A model generated the notes under the pieces. That model was not told the origin of the DNA and did no database searches. It saw nothing but the letters and a program-made list of their open reading frames with translations. 35,958 nt of DNA, from positions 2,544 to 38,501 of the forward strand of contig JBHLJY010000024.1 in the NCBI GenBank assembly GCA_048887225.1, given 5' to 3'. Position numbers and translations under genes: made by a program. The DNA comes from Candidatus Hodarchaeota archaeon (GTDB taxonomy: Archaea > Asgardarchaeota > Lokiarchaeia > Sigyniarchaeales > SOKP01). This document shows, piece by piece, positions 27,001 to 35,545 of this stretch; position 1 is the stretch's first letter; each line of letters starts with the position of its first letter.

Positions 27001-30000
27001 TTTAGAATTGGATTATATCTAAAATATTGGTAAATTTCTGTCACTTCTCTCATTCGTAAATTATCCCCTTCATTATATTTTGGATGAGAAACTTCAGAAG
27101 GAGCATCAGTATAAGCATAATAAGTTCCTGAACCTCCAGTAGTCTGGACAAGTAAAGCAGAAACCCCAACAATTTGATTCTGAACCATATTCATATTATC
27201 AATCATTTTAATATTGTCTATATATACATCATAAGTATTATCCACTCTCCAAACTGCTTTAATATGATACCATGTATTACTTACAACTGATTGAATTTCA
27301 TGCTCAGTAAAACCACTATCAAGATAATATAATTTTGAATTACTTATCCTAAGAAAAAAATTATATTTTGTTGGTTCGGCAAAGATCCATTGTTGGCTTT
27401 TTGAAACATCACTACTTCCAATATAAAGTTCTACTGTTCCACTGGTTCCTGGTGTATCAAAAGAATGAACAATATAAGGAGTCATTCCTACAACATTATT
27501 AAGTCTAAGAACTTTATTATGATCTTGCCAATTTACTATAATTACTTCTGCCCCATAGAGTTCTGATGAGTCAACCCAAGAAGGATTAGTTTCTCCAAGA
27601 GATTCCCAATTCAGATTATCTGGAAAATTATCATAATAAGATGTATTTAACAAACATTTAAAGAAAATGGTATAATTGAGGTTTGAATTTAACTCTAAAA
27701 GTCCATTTGTAATATTAAACATAACTGTAAAATTTGGAACATTTAAAGAATCAAATTCAAAATCGAGAGAAATCTTATGCCACGCCTCGTCTTTAATTAA
27801 TGTGTAACTGTTTGAATCATAATCAAACTGAGCAAATTCACTATATTTCGTATAATTGGAATATCTATACTGAAATTCAATTGTAACATTATATAATTTC
27901 TGATAACTACTATATCCATCATACCGATCTAAAAAGGTAAAATCAATCTCCTTTGTAATTGTACTATAGATTTCTCCACTCGTTTTTGTCCAATTTACCA
28001 GAACACTCAATTTATCGATATACAATTCAAAATCAGTTGCATTATAGCCATACCATTTTAATCTTATTGTATTACTCCCATCATAATGACTCGAATTCAA
28101 TGTAAAATAAAGATTATAAAAATTATCTTTATTAGTAGAACTATTTACTAAATTCCATACAGAATTAACCCAATTCCATATCGAAAAACTAATTTCAATT
28201 GATTCATTTGTTTTTTGAGAATAATATAACTGAATAAAATCAATTGTATCATTTGTTTGCATCCCTGTGGTTGCAAAGGTAAATTCAGAGGTAAAATTCA
28301 ACTCTAAATCAGATTTTTTAGAATAAATTAAGATGGCATCAGCAGTTCTATCAACCACAAACCAGTGAGTTGAATTCGCAGAAATACCCATTGGATACTT
28401 CCCATGACCAATATAATAACTTACTCCAGTATAATCCCAATTAGAATCATAGATAAAAACAGAAAGATGTTCATAACCAACCATAAAGAAGTGTGTTCCA
28501 TTAAAATAAACTCCAATACCATTTCCATCTTGTCCAGAAACATCATAACTAATCCCTGTATAATCAAAAGTAGAATTATATACAAAAATCTTATTATTAG
28601 CTCCTCCTTTAAAAAAAAAGTGTGTTCCATTCCATGCCAGTCCATGAAGAGTCCCATCTTGTCCAGAAACATCATGACTAACTCCTGTATAATCCCAATC
28701 AGAATCATAGACAAAAAATCTGTCTTCTGTATTTCCTCCTACAAAAAAATGTGTTCCATTAAAGCAAATAGCAAATGGAGTCCCTGTTTCACTCGAAATA
28801 TCGTGACTAGTTACATATGTCATCCTTTCATCAAATTCACGAATAGCATTAAATTGATTCCCTGTTATAAAAATATGAGTTCCATTTGTGGTCATTCCAA
28901 GAGGATCTCCATCACCAGCACTAACACTAATTCCAGTATAATTCCATTCTATAAAACCAGCATTGAAAATAGAATAATCTGAATCAATATCCCATAATGA
29001 ACCATTTTGAGTTTGTGTTCCATTTACAAAACTAAAACTGGTATTTGATGGAACACTCGAATCCGAACCAACATTTAATATAGAAGTTAAATTCACTCCA
29101 GTATTATCAAATGAACTTGAAATATATTCTGAATTATAAGTATGAACCCAACTTGTCCAATCTTCGTAATTTAACTCTTGAGGAAATTTATTTTGCATAT
29201 ATAAATAATCTGAAACAGTATAAGTGCTATTATAACCATCTAGACCACCATAATTGTGAGACATATAAGTATTTAAAGTATTGAAATATTCTGAATAGAC
29301 ATTTTCATATCCAGAACCATCAGAATCTTCAAGAAAACTTCCATTCTGATTTGTTTGATAATACCTCTGACTCCAACTCACATCTTCATTACCATAAGAA
29401 CCAGAACCAGAACTATATCCAGATTGATCTTGACTATAATCTGGTGTGTAATCTGGTAAATACTCCAGATTACTAAATGTAAGATTCGCATGTTCAGGAT
29501 TCCATCCAGAAGGTAAAATAATAGAATATAAATGATTTCCGTTTATATTATAATAAGTTAGTATATTTGAAATGCCACTCAAATAAATATTTGAAGTACC
29601 AGAACCAAGAGAATTATATAAATAATGTAATGGAAGATAAATTTCTTCAATAAGGATAATCTCTAAAAGAAAGATATTTCCTGTATCTTGCGAAACAGGG
29701 GGAGATAGAGAACAAGGATTAGAATTTCCCTTGTCAAGATTGTTTAAATAGATTTTTTTAATATTCAAATTAGAATCAAAAACCATTTGTTCTATATAAA
29801 TTAGATGATCTGATTCAAGTTTGAATCTTTTTCTTAAATAAGTTTTAGAAATTATTTCTAAATCAAATGTAAAAGTAAAATCCACAGTAATATTTAACCT
29901 AAAATAGACTGCCTCTGTGGTGGTAATTAATAAAGATGGAGGATATGTACTTAAAAGAACAAATCCAGAATTGTATGTAGAATCTATACACTCTTCCCCA

Positions 30001-31415
30001 TTAATTGTTAAAGCAACCTCAGTTGCTACTCTCCATGTATTAGAAGAATATAATATAACTAAAGTCATATTAATCTGTACATTTGGAAGTGAAAGATCAA
30101 AAATGAGAGTTAAATTCTGTTCTGGAACTATTATATCATTGATATAATCATATTGAGAGAACATACTTGAATCAAAATAAAATATAGCATCTCCACTTGT
30201 TTCAGATGTATTTAAATTAGAAATACTCGAATCATATAATAATGTAAAATTTTCATAATAATCAACACCTAATTTTTGATAAGTAAAATTACTTACATAA
30301 ACATCAAATAAAGATCCTTGATGATATCTATAAACTTTATGTTCATAAATATCTGGTATATAGAAACTAAAACCATCCCAAGCTATACCAACTGGTTCAC
30401 TGCTTTCATCTCCACTAAGTTCATAAAGATTATAAGAAGTATATTCAGTAAAATCTGAAGGATATTTATAAACATATGCATCACCATCTGTAACATAAAA
30501 ATATTCTCCATCCCACTCTATTGCATATGGAAAATCATTCCCACCTAATGCTCCAACATCATAAGATGCAATTTCACTTCTAAAATCAGAAGGATATTTA
30601 TTAATTTCATCTATATTCTGATCTATTACATAAAAATATTCTCCATCATAACAAATTCCATAATAAGTCCCTGGTCCACTAATACTCCCAATATTATATG
30701 TAATATAACTGCTAAAATCAGAATTATATCTAAAAACATAGTCATAAATATCATCTGTAATATAAAAATATCCTCCAACCCAAACTATTCCAAGTGGTGT
30801 GTTTGTAGCTGGAATACTATAATAAGTTATATAACTGCTAAAATCTGAAGGATATTTATAAACTCTCTTATATTCTCTATCCATTAAATAAAAATATTTT
30901 CCATCCCAAGTTATATCATAAAGTTCAGCTGGTGTGCCAACACTATAAGATTCTATAAGTCCACTAAAACAAGAATAATTTCTTGTAAAAGTAATATTTA
31001 CTTGGATTGTTGTATCAAATTGTGCAGAAAGTGTATAACCATTTATTCCATCTGTTGTATTTAATGTAAAATTACCTGTCAACCCATCAGTTTTATTATA
31101 GGAAAATGAATCTGTACTATTATAAATTGGAAGTTGAATATTTGAGACATCAATTCGTGTAGAATCATGAGAAAAAGGCCCAATATCTAATTCTGGTTCA
31201 TCCCAAAATGTATATGTTCCTGCTTGCATTAAAGTTGAATGGATCTCAGTTGAATCTGTTTTTAAAGTGCAATGTATTGTGGTTTCTATATCTTCATCAT
31301 TTTGTTTACTAGCCAAAGAATTGTTTACAAGAAACAATAAAGTAGATATAAAAATAGAAGATATGAGAAGAGCTAAAATAAAACCTTTTTTTATACTTCT
31401 TTTTTTTACTTTCAT
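24054..31415 (-). CDS. Giant surface glycoprotein/adhesin: two 5-repeat beta-propeller regions, LamG-like and Ig-like regions, C-terminal TM
   Basis: Signal/TM N-terminus; G(I/L)xWDG.YFY repeats and NGTHFF repeats; many NxS/T sequons; C-terminal TM plus Lys-rich tail. Confidence 0.8.
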   Translation of the reverse strand: MKVKKRSIKKGFILALLISSIFISTLLFLVNNSLASKQNDEDIETTIHCTLKTDSTEIHSTLMQAGTYTFWDEPELDIGPFSHDSTRIDVSNIQLPIYNSTDSFSYNKTDGLTGNFTLNTTDGINGYTLSAQFDTTIQVNITFTRNYSCFSGLIESYSVGTPAELYDITWDGKYFYLMDREYKRVYKYPSDFSSYITYYSIPATNTPLGIVWVGGYFYITDDIYDYVFRYNSDFSSYITYNIGSISGPGTYYGICYDGEYFYVIDQNIDEINKYPSDFRSEIASYDVGALGGNDFPYAIEWDGEYFYVTDGDAYVYKYPSDFTEYTSYNLYELSGDESSEPVGIAWDGFSFYIPDIYEHKVYRYHQGSLFDVYVSNFTYQKLGVDYYENFTLLYDSSISNLNTSETSGDAIFYFDSSMFSQYDYINDIIVPEQNLTLIFDLSLPNVQINMTLVILYSSNTWRVATEVALTINGEECIDSTYNSGFVLLSTYPPSLLITTTEAVYFRLNITVDFTFTFDLEIISKTYLRKRFKLESDHLIYIEQMVFDSNLNIKKIYLNNLDKGNSNPCSLSPPVSQDTGNIFLLEIILIEEIYLPLHYLYNSLGSGTSNIYLSGISNILTYYNINGNHLYSIILPSGWNPEHANLTFSNLEYLPDYTPDYSQDQSGYSSGSGSYGNEDVSWSQRYYQTNQNGSFLEDSDGSGYENVYSEYFNTLNTYMSHNYGGLDGYNSTYTVSDYLYMQNKFPQELNYEDWTSWVHTYNSEYISSSFDNTGVNLTSILNVGSDSSVPSNTSFSFVNGTQTQNGSLWDIDSDYSIFNAGFIEWNYTGISVSAGDGDPLGMTTNGTHIFITGNQFNAIREFDERMTYVTSHDISSETGTPFAICFNGTHFFVGGNTEDRFFVYDSDWDYTGVSHDVSGQDGTLHGLAWNGTHFFFKGGANNKIFVYNSTFDYTGISYDVSGQDGNGIGVYFNGTHFFMVGYEHLSVFIYDSNWDYTGVSYYIGHGKYPMGISANSTHWFVVDRTADAILIYSKKSDLELNFTSEFTFATTGMQTNDTIDFIQLYYSQKTNESIEISFSIWNWVNSVWNLVNSSTNKDNFYNLYFTLNSSHYDGSNTIRLKWYGYNATDFELYIDKLSVLVNWTKTSGEIYSTITKEIDFTFLDRYDGYSSYQKLYNVTIEFQYRYSNYTKYSEFAQFDYDSNSYTLIKDEAWHKISLDFEFDSLNVPNFTVMFNITNGLLELNSNLNYTIFFKCLLNTSYYDNFPDNLNWESLGETNPSWVDSSELYGAEVIIVNWQDHNKVLRLNNVVGMTPYIVHSFDTPGTSGTVELYIGSSDVSKSQQWIFAEPTKYNFFLRISNSKLYYLDSGFTEHEIQSVVSNTWYHIKAVWRVDNTYDVYIDNIKMIDNMNMVQNQIVGVSALLVQTTGGSGTYYAYTDAPSEVSHPKYNEGDNLRMREVTEIYQYFRYNPILNLDSLQEMNGNWILNFTFSFDPSTDAGIYNFFNSINHSLLHFNISIEHESGWSSVVYNYNTTQSDIYFTLNITSVLNGLGKNRFKGFYIEFYLAGNPSNFTLDNLTLYDFDSDFFKVQAIWIDTLVISHQEVSVYWKASDRYIDHIEIHQKFDDTIYLLHNGTLLNNTLQSFEFSNVTCGFYELNLTFYDNYSNWEKWTCNFTIWNRISISTGYKNPCLIGETNTVFVHLDTEYSIMDVYYDNSTDYIHQYSNSSYPIYEYEFNFTVNYNVETVYNISILVIGEYNDSFWCNITGLSFIERTTILDINNLYSSYYQDEQMNITFVLRDLYNNPLQNKLLNYTIEDPGGNYIVNGSGITNSYGNITYNLPFDISYTIGFYHLNVSFNGTKDYTSGWKLQSFQVRPILRAVNSTDFSLTVNNYPVVNNFIQINWTNNFTIANNNTATFDMSIVLKLNYTQAISYTGYLTHTNTFGATSDILSIKFDNATIFNYPSNFTEFYFDNDKSSNYAISGSRFTISDLVGDTYYNNNDFSILFTHMDTSQIDRIQLTDEPRTDINTVQFREYLTPNRTFSYWYFHNSLNISTVSLYHNRTSTTVPYSSFTIENNNYYFEKSCLSEDFFTASTSYWIDWDNYVNFEILTDNGTYCEIKITYQAPIDINNVTIVLDLKSQGLYAENWDNNATQSDLTYILELPHINFTTSQQTIILKGTSSAPVISFSFVINEDGFKISDEEWKIRETAEEWRSIKKANWEDLNEYIIGYLEIPKYSEAFRVNIESDWELDGIHYGNEYYDIQTNGYFECAGFGTGITTAFLKFKTNPLSNLKRIESSGEVVYKIYAKYRLDNIDFIFYIEETDYYNKQNMIKELEDEVDCDKIVEYYTVEDRIYYMIVNMDLDEGKNEIVINYEIERMANYAWLFLIIAIVLIGFGVIYITIRYTDNKIKDFINLDKIVKYFFWIKKSKREQLLKKNRYKPKKKIKKIKKG
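28330..28920 (-). repeat. ~129-bp coding repeats (propeller 2 blades)
   Basis: ccatcttgtccagaaacatcat recurs at 129-bp spacing; tgtgttccatt x3. Confidence 0.8.
30330..30930 (-). repeat. ~42-44-aa coding repeats (propeller 1 blades)
   Basis: YKYPSDF / DGEYFYV recurrences. Confidence 0.8.
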
Positions 31416-31933
31416 TTTTCTAAATTGATCACCCCTTTTTTCACATAATTATGAAAATCTAAATTAAATAAAATAAATGAAAATACGAAAATCGTAAAAA
31501 ATGTTAATATAAATAATTCAGAATTTAAATCTGGAGTATGTTTTAATAATAAATATCCATCCCCACATTCGATAATAGGACTTATAGCCCAACTCAATTC
31601 TTCAACAAAGAGCATCACCCAAGAAGCAAAATAACTCCCAAGAATCCTTTTCTTTTTTCCATAATATAAAGAAATTAAAATACATGGTAAATCAAAAAGA
31701 CTCCCACTAACAGCAAAAATTCTATATGCATTTGCATCATATACGATTGGATCAGAAATGGCTGTCGCCACTCCTAGAGGATGAATAAACAATTCCACAT
31801 TTTTAAATCCTAATAATACTGCAGAGAGATAATGCCCAAATTCATGTATAAATGTAAAAAATACTATTTGGATAAAAAAGATTAATCCATTAACTAGAAT
31901 TAATTCAATTTTTCTCTTTGTCTGTTTTTTCAT
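31412..31933 (-). CDS. M50-like intramembrane zinc metalloprotease
   Basis: IHEFGH (HExxH) at the end of TM1; AVSGS; GDG third-ligand motif. Confidence 0.8.
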   Translation of the reverse strand: MKKQTKRKIELILVNGLIFFIQIVFFTFIHEFGHYLSAVLLGFKNVELFIHPLGVATAISDPIVYDANAYRIFAVSGSLFDLPCILISLYYGKKKRILGSYFASWVMLFVEELSWAISPIIECGDGYLLLKHTPDLNSELFILTFFTIFVFSFILFNLDFHNYVKKGVINLEK

Positions 31934-31937
31934 TTTT

Positions 31938-33731
31938 CTACACCCCGAGAGTAGCTAAAACGAACATTACAGTGAAAATATTATACCCTGCATGGGCCCA
32001 GATACTTGATTGATAACCTGAACTCATATGAAGTAATATGAAAAAAAGGCCTACACAAAATAGAATACCAAATAATCCACAAACATAAAATTCTACAAAT
32101 GAGATCCCTGTATTATAATTTAACATAGGGAAATGTAATAACGAAAATCCAAATGCAGGTAAAAAAACACCAAATGCAATAAATAAAATTGCGGGATTCC
32201 TTCTACCTAACACAGCTTTCTTCTGGAGATATATCACAGGAACTTTATTTTTTATTCTTTGTTCTTTTTTCTCCAAATAATCAACCGTATATTGGATTAA
32301 AGCAAATAATGTTTTGTTCTTTTGAACATCTGGTGCTTTTAGGATTTTTTTCCATGTTTCTTTTTGACCTTCGATAGAAGCTAATTTTCTCTGTCTATCC
32401 GATTCATATTCTATTTTAACTTTTTTATTGACTTTTTGTAAAATAATACCAAAGACCAATCCAGGACAAAAAACGAAAAAGAATAAAGATTCTGCTGGAG
32501 CCACAAATAAAACCTGAATTGCCACATAAGATATATCCCGATGCAATTCATCGTTAGAATATGCATTTAAGGTCTGTTGTGTAAAGAATGACATAATTAA
32601 TCTTAATGTTATAACTCCTAGAAGTGTCCCAAATAGAGTATTTTTGGCAGTTGACCGTTCATAAAAGATCTTCTCGTTTGTGGTTAATGATAATACACAT
32701 GCAACAATAATAACAGAATATATTCCAAAATAACCTAAATAAATATAATCGGTGGCTGGATCATGTCCAAAATTCCTTCCATAGCTTAAAAATAAAAACC
32801 ATCCGAAAAAAAGAATGAATGCTAGGATTACGTACATTCCTAAATCCACATCAGAAAAGTGTCTTTTTTCCTTCTTTTCCTTATCCTTTCCAAAGAGGTC
32901 ACCAATTTTTTTTACAAGATAATTTTCCATCTTTGGTTTAGTCATAAAAATAGCAAAAATTAGACATGCCCATGTTATAACAGTAGGAAGCATATCATGA
33001 ATCGCATAAATTCGCTCTGTATAGGTCATTGAATTTAATTCTTGATAAGAAGAATCTAATGAAAGATTAATATCATTTGATTCAAGAGAAGGGAGAGTTG
33101 GTATTTCGCCAAATTCATAATTACCCCCTGGATCTAAAGCTTTAAATAGGTCTTCTAATCCGCTTAATATTTCATTAATTATATCTAAAAGTTTTCTAAT
33201 TAGATTGTAAATCATTGAAGGAATTGAAATTATGAAATTAATTAAAGAAATATAAAACTTTCCTATATCTGCAATTGTTCCTCCTGTTGGATCAGCACCA
33301 ATTACTACTAATACAAATAATACAATAAATAGTGCACCCATTAGCAATAATCCTTTTACAAATAACTTAGCAGCAGAGCTGACCTTTCCCATAATTATTG
33401 CAATTATAATCATGATTGTAAAAAGGAAAGGAATACCATAGTAGACGAAAACGACTACTATTTTCATTCCAGTGTTTACATAGCCCTGCATTGCGTTTGC
33501 ATCAAATGTTTGAGATGCATCAAGTGTAAACATCTGGTGTGGAATAAAGATAAAAGGAAATAAAATAACCAAAAATAATTTTAAATTAAAATTATACTCC
33601 TCAGAATTAAGTGATATACATAAAAAAATAGCAGGGAAAAAAAAAGCAAACACTTTAAATCCTAAAGGCAAGAATATTAAACCAATTAACCCGAAAAGAA
33701 ATCCGAGATAAGCATAATAACAGTTCCTCAT
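31938..33731 (-). CDS. Polytopic membrane protein with C-terminal CPBP (Rce1/Abi)-like protease domain
   Basis: VAPAESLFF (degenerate EExxxR), FSLLH, WAHAGYN. Confidence 0.7.
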   Translation of the reverse strand: MRNCYYAYLGFLFGLIGLIFLPLGFKVFAFFFPAIFLCISLNSEEYNFNLKLFLVILFPFIFIPHQMFTLDASQTFDANAMQGYVNTGMKIVVVFVYYGIPFLFTIMIIIAIIMGKVSSAAKLFVKGLLLMGALFIVLFVLVVIGADPTGGTIADIGKFYISLINFIISIPSMIYNLIRKLLDIINEILSGLEDLFKALDPGGNYEFGEIPTLPSLESNDINLSLDSSYQELNSMTYTERIYAIHDMLPTVITWACLIFAIFMTKPKMENYLVKKIGDLFGKDKEKKEKRHFSDVDLGMYVILAFILFFGWFLFLSYGRNFGHDPATDYIYLGYFGIYSVIIVACVLSLTTNEKIFYERSTAKNTLFGTLLGVITLRLIMSFFTQQTLNAYSNDELHRDISYVAIQVLFVAPAESLFFFVFCPGLVFGIILQKVNKKVKIEYESDRQRKLASIEGQKETWKKILKAPDVQKNKTLFALIQYTVDYLEKKEQRIKNKVPVIYLQKKAVLGRRNPAILFIAFGVFLPAFGFSLLHFPMLNYNTGISFVEFYVCGLFGILFCVGLFFILLHMSSGYQSSIWAHAGYNIFTVMFVLATLGV

Positions 33732-33773
33732 AAATTACCCTTTTAAAGTGTTTTAGATTTAGAATTTTAAAGA

Positions 33774-35078
33774 TCACTTTCGCTTTGTTTTTGGAGAAAT
33801 CCTAATGAACCTAGATAAAACCAACAACCCTCCAAGTACACCCGCAAATATTACAGCAAATAAAATGATTGCTGTTGCACTAGTTTCTTTGGTTGTATCG
33901 TCAGAATCAGAATGGACACTAGGTGCAGGTATTATTACTGGTTCAGGACCATCACTAAATATAGGGTAATTATCAACTGCTCCAGCAGTACCGCCAATAC
34001 TATAAGGGGTATCGCCAATGGAATCATCATTTTCATCAACACCGCTATAATCACTCCAGATGTTCCCGATGGTTCCATAATCCCACGCATTGGGTAGAGT
34101 AGAATTATCAACAGCATTCACAGCATCAGGCTCAGCGCCATTATCAGCATCATTCTCAAAAGTATTAAAATAAATTGTATTGTTTACACTATCTCCATTA
34201 TCCTCTGAAATCAAAACTCCTACAACAGTGTTATTTTTAAATTCTCCACCAGTTATAATACAGTCATCAGAATCATTTAAGACCAACCCTCTAAGGTTAA
34301 AGTTGGCTTGGATTGTCATATTATTAGAGTCTGAATCTTCTAAATATAATCCATCTAAGTTTGTACTAAAATAGCTCCCTGAGATCCCATTATAAGTACA
34401 ATTCGCTAAGTATCCACCATCATCTCCATTCACACTAAAATTACAGGTCCCGATAGTATTTACAACACTATTTATCATGTGTAAACCATCATCTCCATTC
34501 CCTGTTGCTGTAACCCCTGTTAGAGTTGTTATATTAACATTCTCCATTATGATCCCATCTCTACCATTATTAGAGAAATAACAAGTATTAACGGTACCAT
34601 TTTCTACATTATAAAGAGATAAACCATCGCCAGTAGCATTCACATTAGTAACGGTTACATTGTGTAGAGTAAAAAAGACACCAGAATTTAGAATTTGTAA
34701 TCCTGCTCCAGTATTATTAACTGAAATTGTCATATTCTCAAGCAAATAAGGATCTCCTTCCGTACCTGAACCACTGCACCATTCTTCTGCAGAAGCTGTA
34801 GTCCAATTATAATTCGATACACCATCGCCAGTAGCATTTATAACTATGGCTGATTCGAAAGACCATGATCCTGCAGATTTAGGTTGTTTGTTTTCAATAG
34901 TATTAGGTGTTTGAAAAGCAGAATTTACACTCTTATCTTGAATTTGAGTAAAAGTAGAAAAAATAGAGAGAGCTAAAAGAATTACTCCAAAAGTAACTAA
35001 AAGACTTGTCTTTCTTTTTGAAAAATTCATTTTCATCTTCATCTCCTTTATTTTTACATTAACATTCCTGTATACCAA
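33774..35078 (-). CDS. NosD/CASH right-handed beta-helix surface protein with C-terminal TM; true start probably 35030-35042
   Basis: WCSGSGTEGDPY, repeated N..DG..L, GNIWSDY.G.D...D.IGDTPY. Confidence 0.85.
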   Translation of the reverse strand: MVYRNVNVKIKEMKMKMNFSKRKTSLLVTFGVILLALSIFSTFTQIQDKSVNSAFQTPNTIENKQPKSAGSWSFESAIVINATGDGVSNYNWTTASAEEWCSGSGTEGDPYLLENMTISVNNTGAGLQILNSGVFFTLHNVTVTNVNATGDGLSLYNVENGTVNTCYFSNNGRDGIIMENVNITTLTGVTATGNGDDGLHMINSVVNTIGTCNFSVNGDDGGYLANCTYNGISGSYFSTNLDGLYLEDSDSNNMTIQANFNLRGLVLNDSDDCIITGGEFKNNTVVGVLISEDNGDSVNNTIYFNTFENDADNGAEPDAVNAVDNSTLPNAWDYGTIGNIWSDYSGVDENDDSIGDTPYSIGGTAGAVDNYPIFSDGPEPVIIPAPSVHSDSDDTTKETSATAIILFAVIFAGVLGGLLVLSRFIRISPKTKRK

Positions 35079-35545
35079 CCTAAGGCACCAAAACCGAGCA
35101 AAGTACCAGAGAAAATAACTGATCTGAAGAATTCCTGTCCCGCAACTGCATTATAGAGTAGAACAATGATTATGATTATAAAAATAATTGGTATAATCAA
35201 TATTTTTATTGCAATAGAAATATCTATAAAAGAACTTGCATCAAATATCATAAAAGTTCCAACAGTGACAGCAAAACTAAGATATAATCCAACAGCTAAA
35301 GCAATTGCGAGTATAATTCCGCTTTTATTTGGAGCTAAAATAAGAGCAGGTAAACAGATAAGAATCCAGGAGACAATGATATATAATCCACGTTCATGTC
35401 GAGGTGCAGGACTATTTTCAAAGTTTAGCCGTCCATTTATAACTAAGATATATAAGTATAATCCAAGAAAGATGATTATACCACTTACAATTCCAAGGGA
35501 TAGGTTTTTTAGGTTGATCTCAAATTTAAAAGATTTTTCTGACAA
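35054..35545 (-). CDS. Integral membrane protein (about 5 TM), first gene of the membrane operon
   Basis: Hydrophobic 163 aa. Confidence 0.7.
   Translation of the reverse strand: MSEKSFKFEINLKNLSLGIVSGIIIFLGLYLYILVINGRLNFENSPAPRHERGLYIIVSWILICLPALILAPNKSGIILAIALAVGLYLSFAVTVGTFMIFDASSFIDISIAIKILIIPIIFIIIIIVLLYNAVAGQEFFRSVIFSGTLLGFGALGWYTGMLM

Noticed and set aside
28404-28982. 192-aa plus-strand ORF and 28421..28714 alternate-frame ORF
   Set aside because: Shadows of the repetitive propeller coding region of the adhesin
28330-30930. Diversity-generating retroelement TR/VR pair
   Set aside because: No reverse transcriptase; repeats are in-frame propeller blades and differences are not adenine-specific
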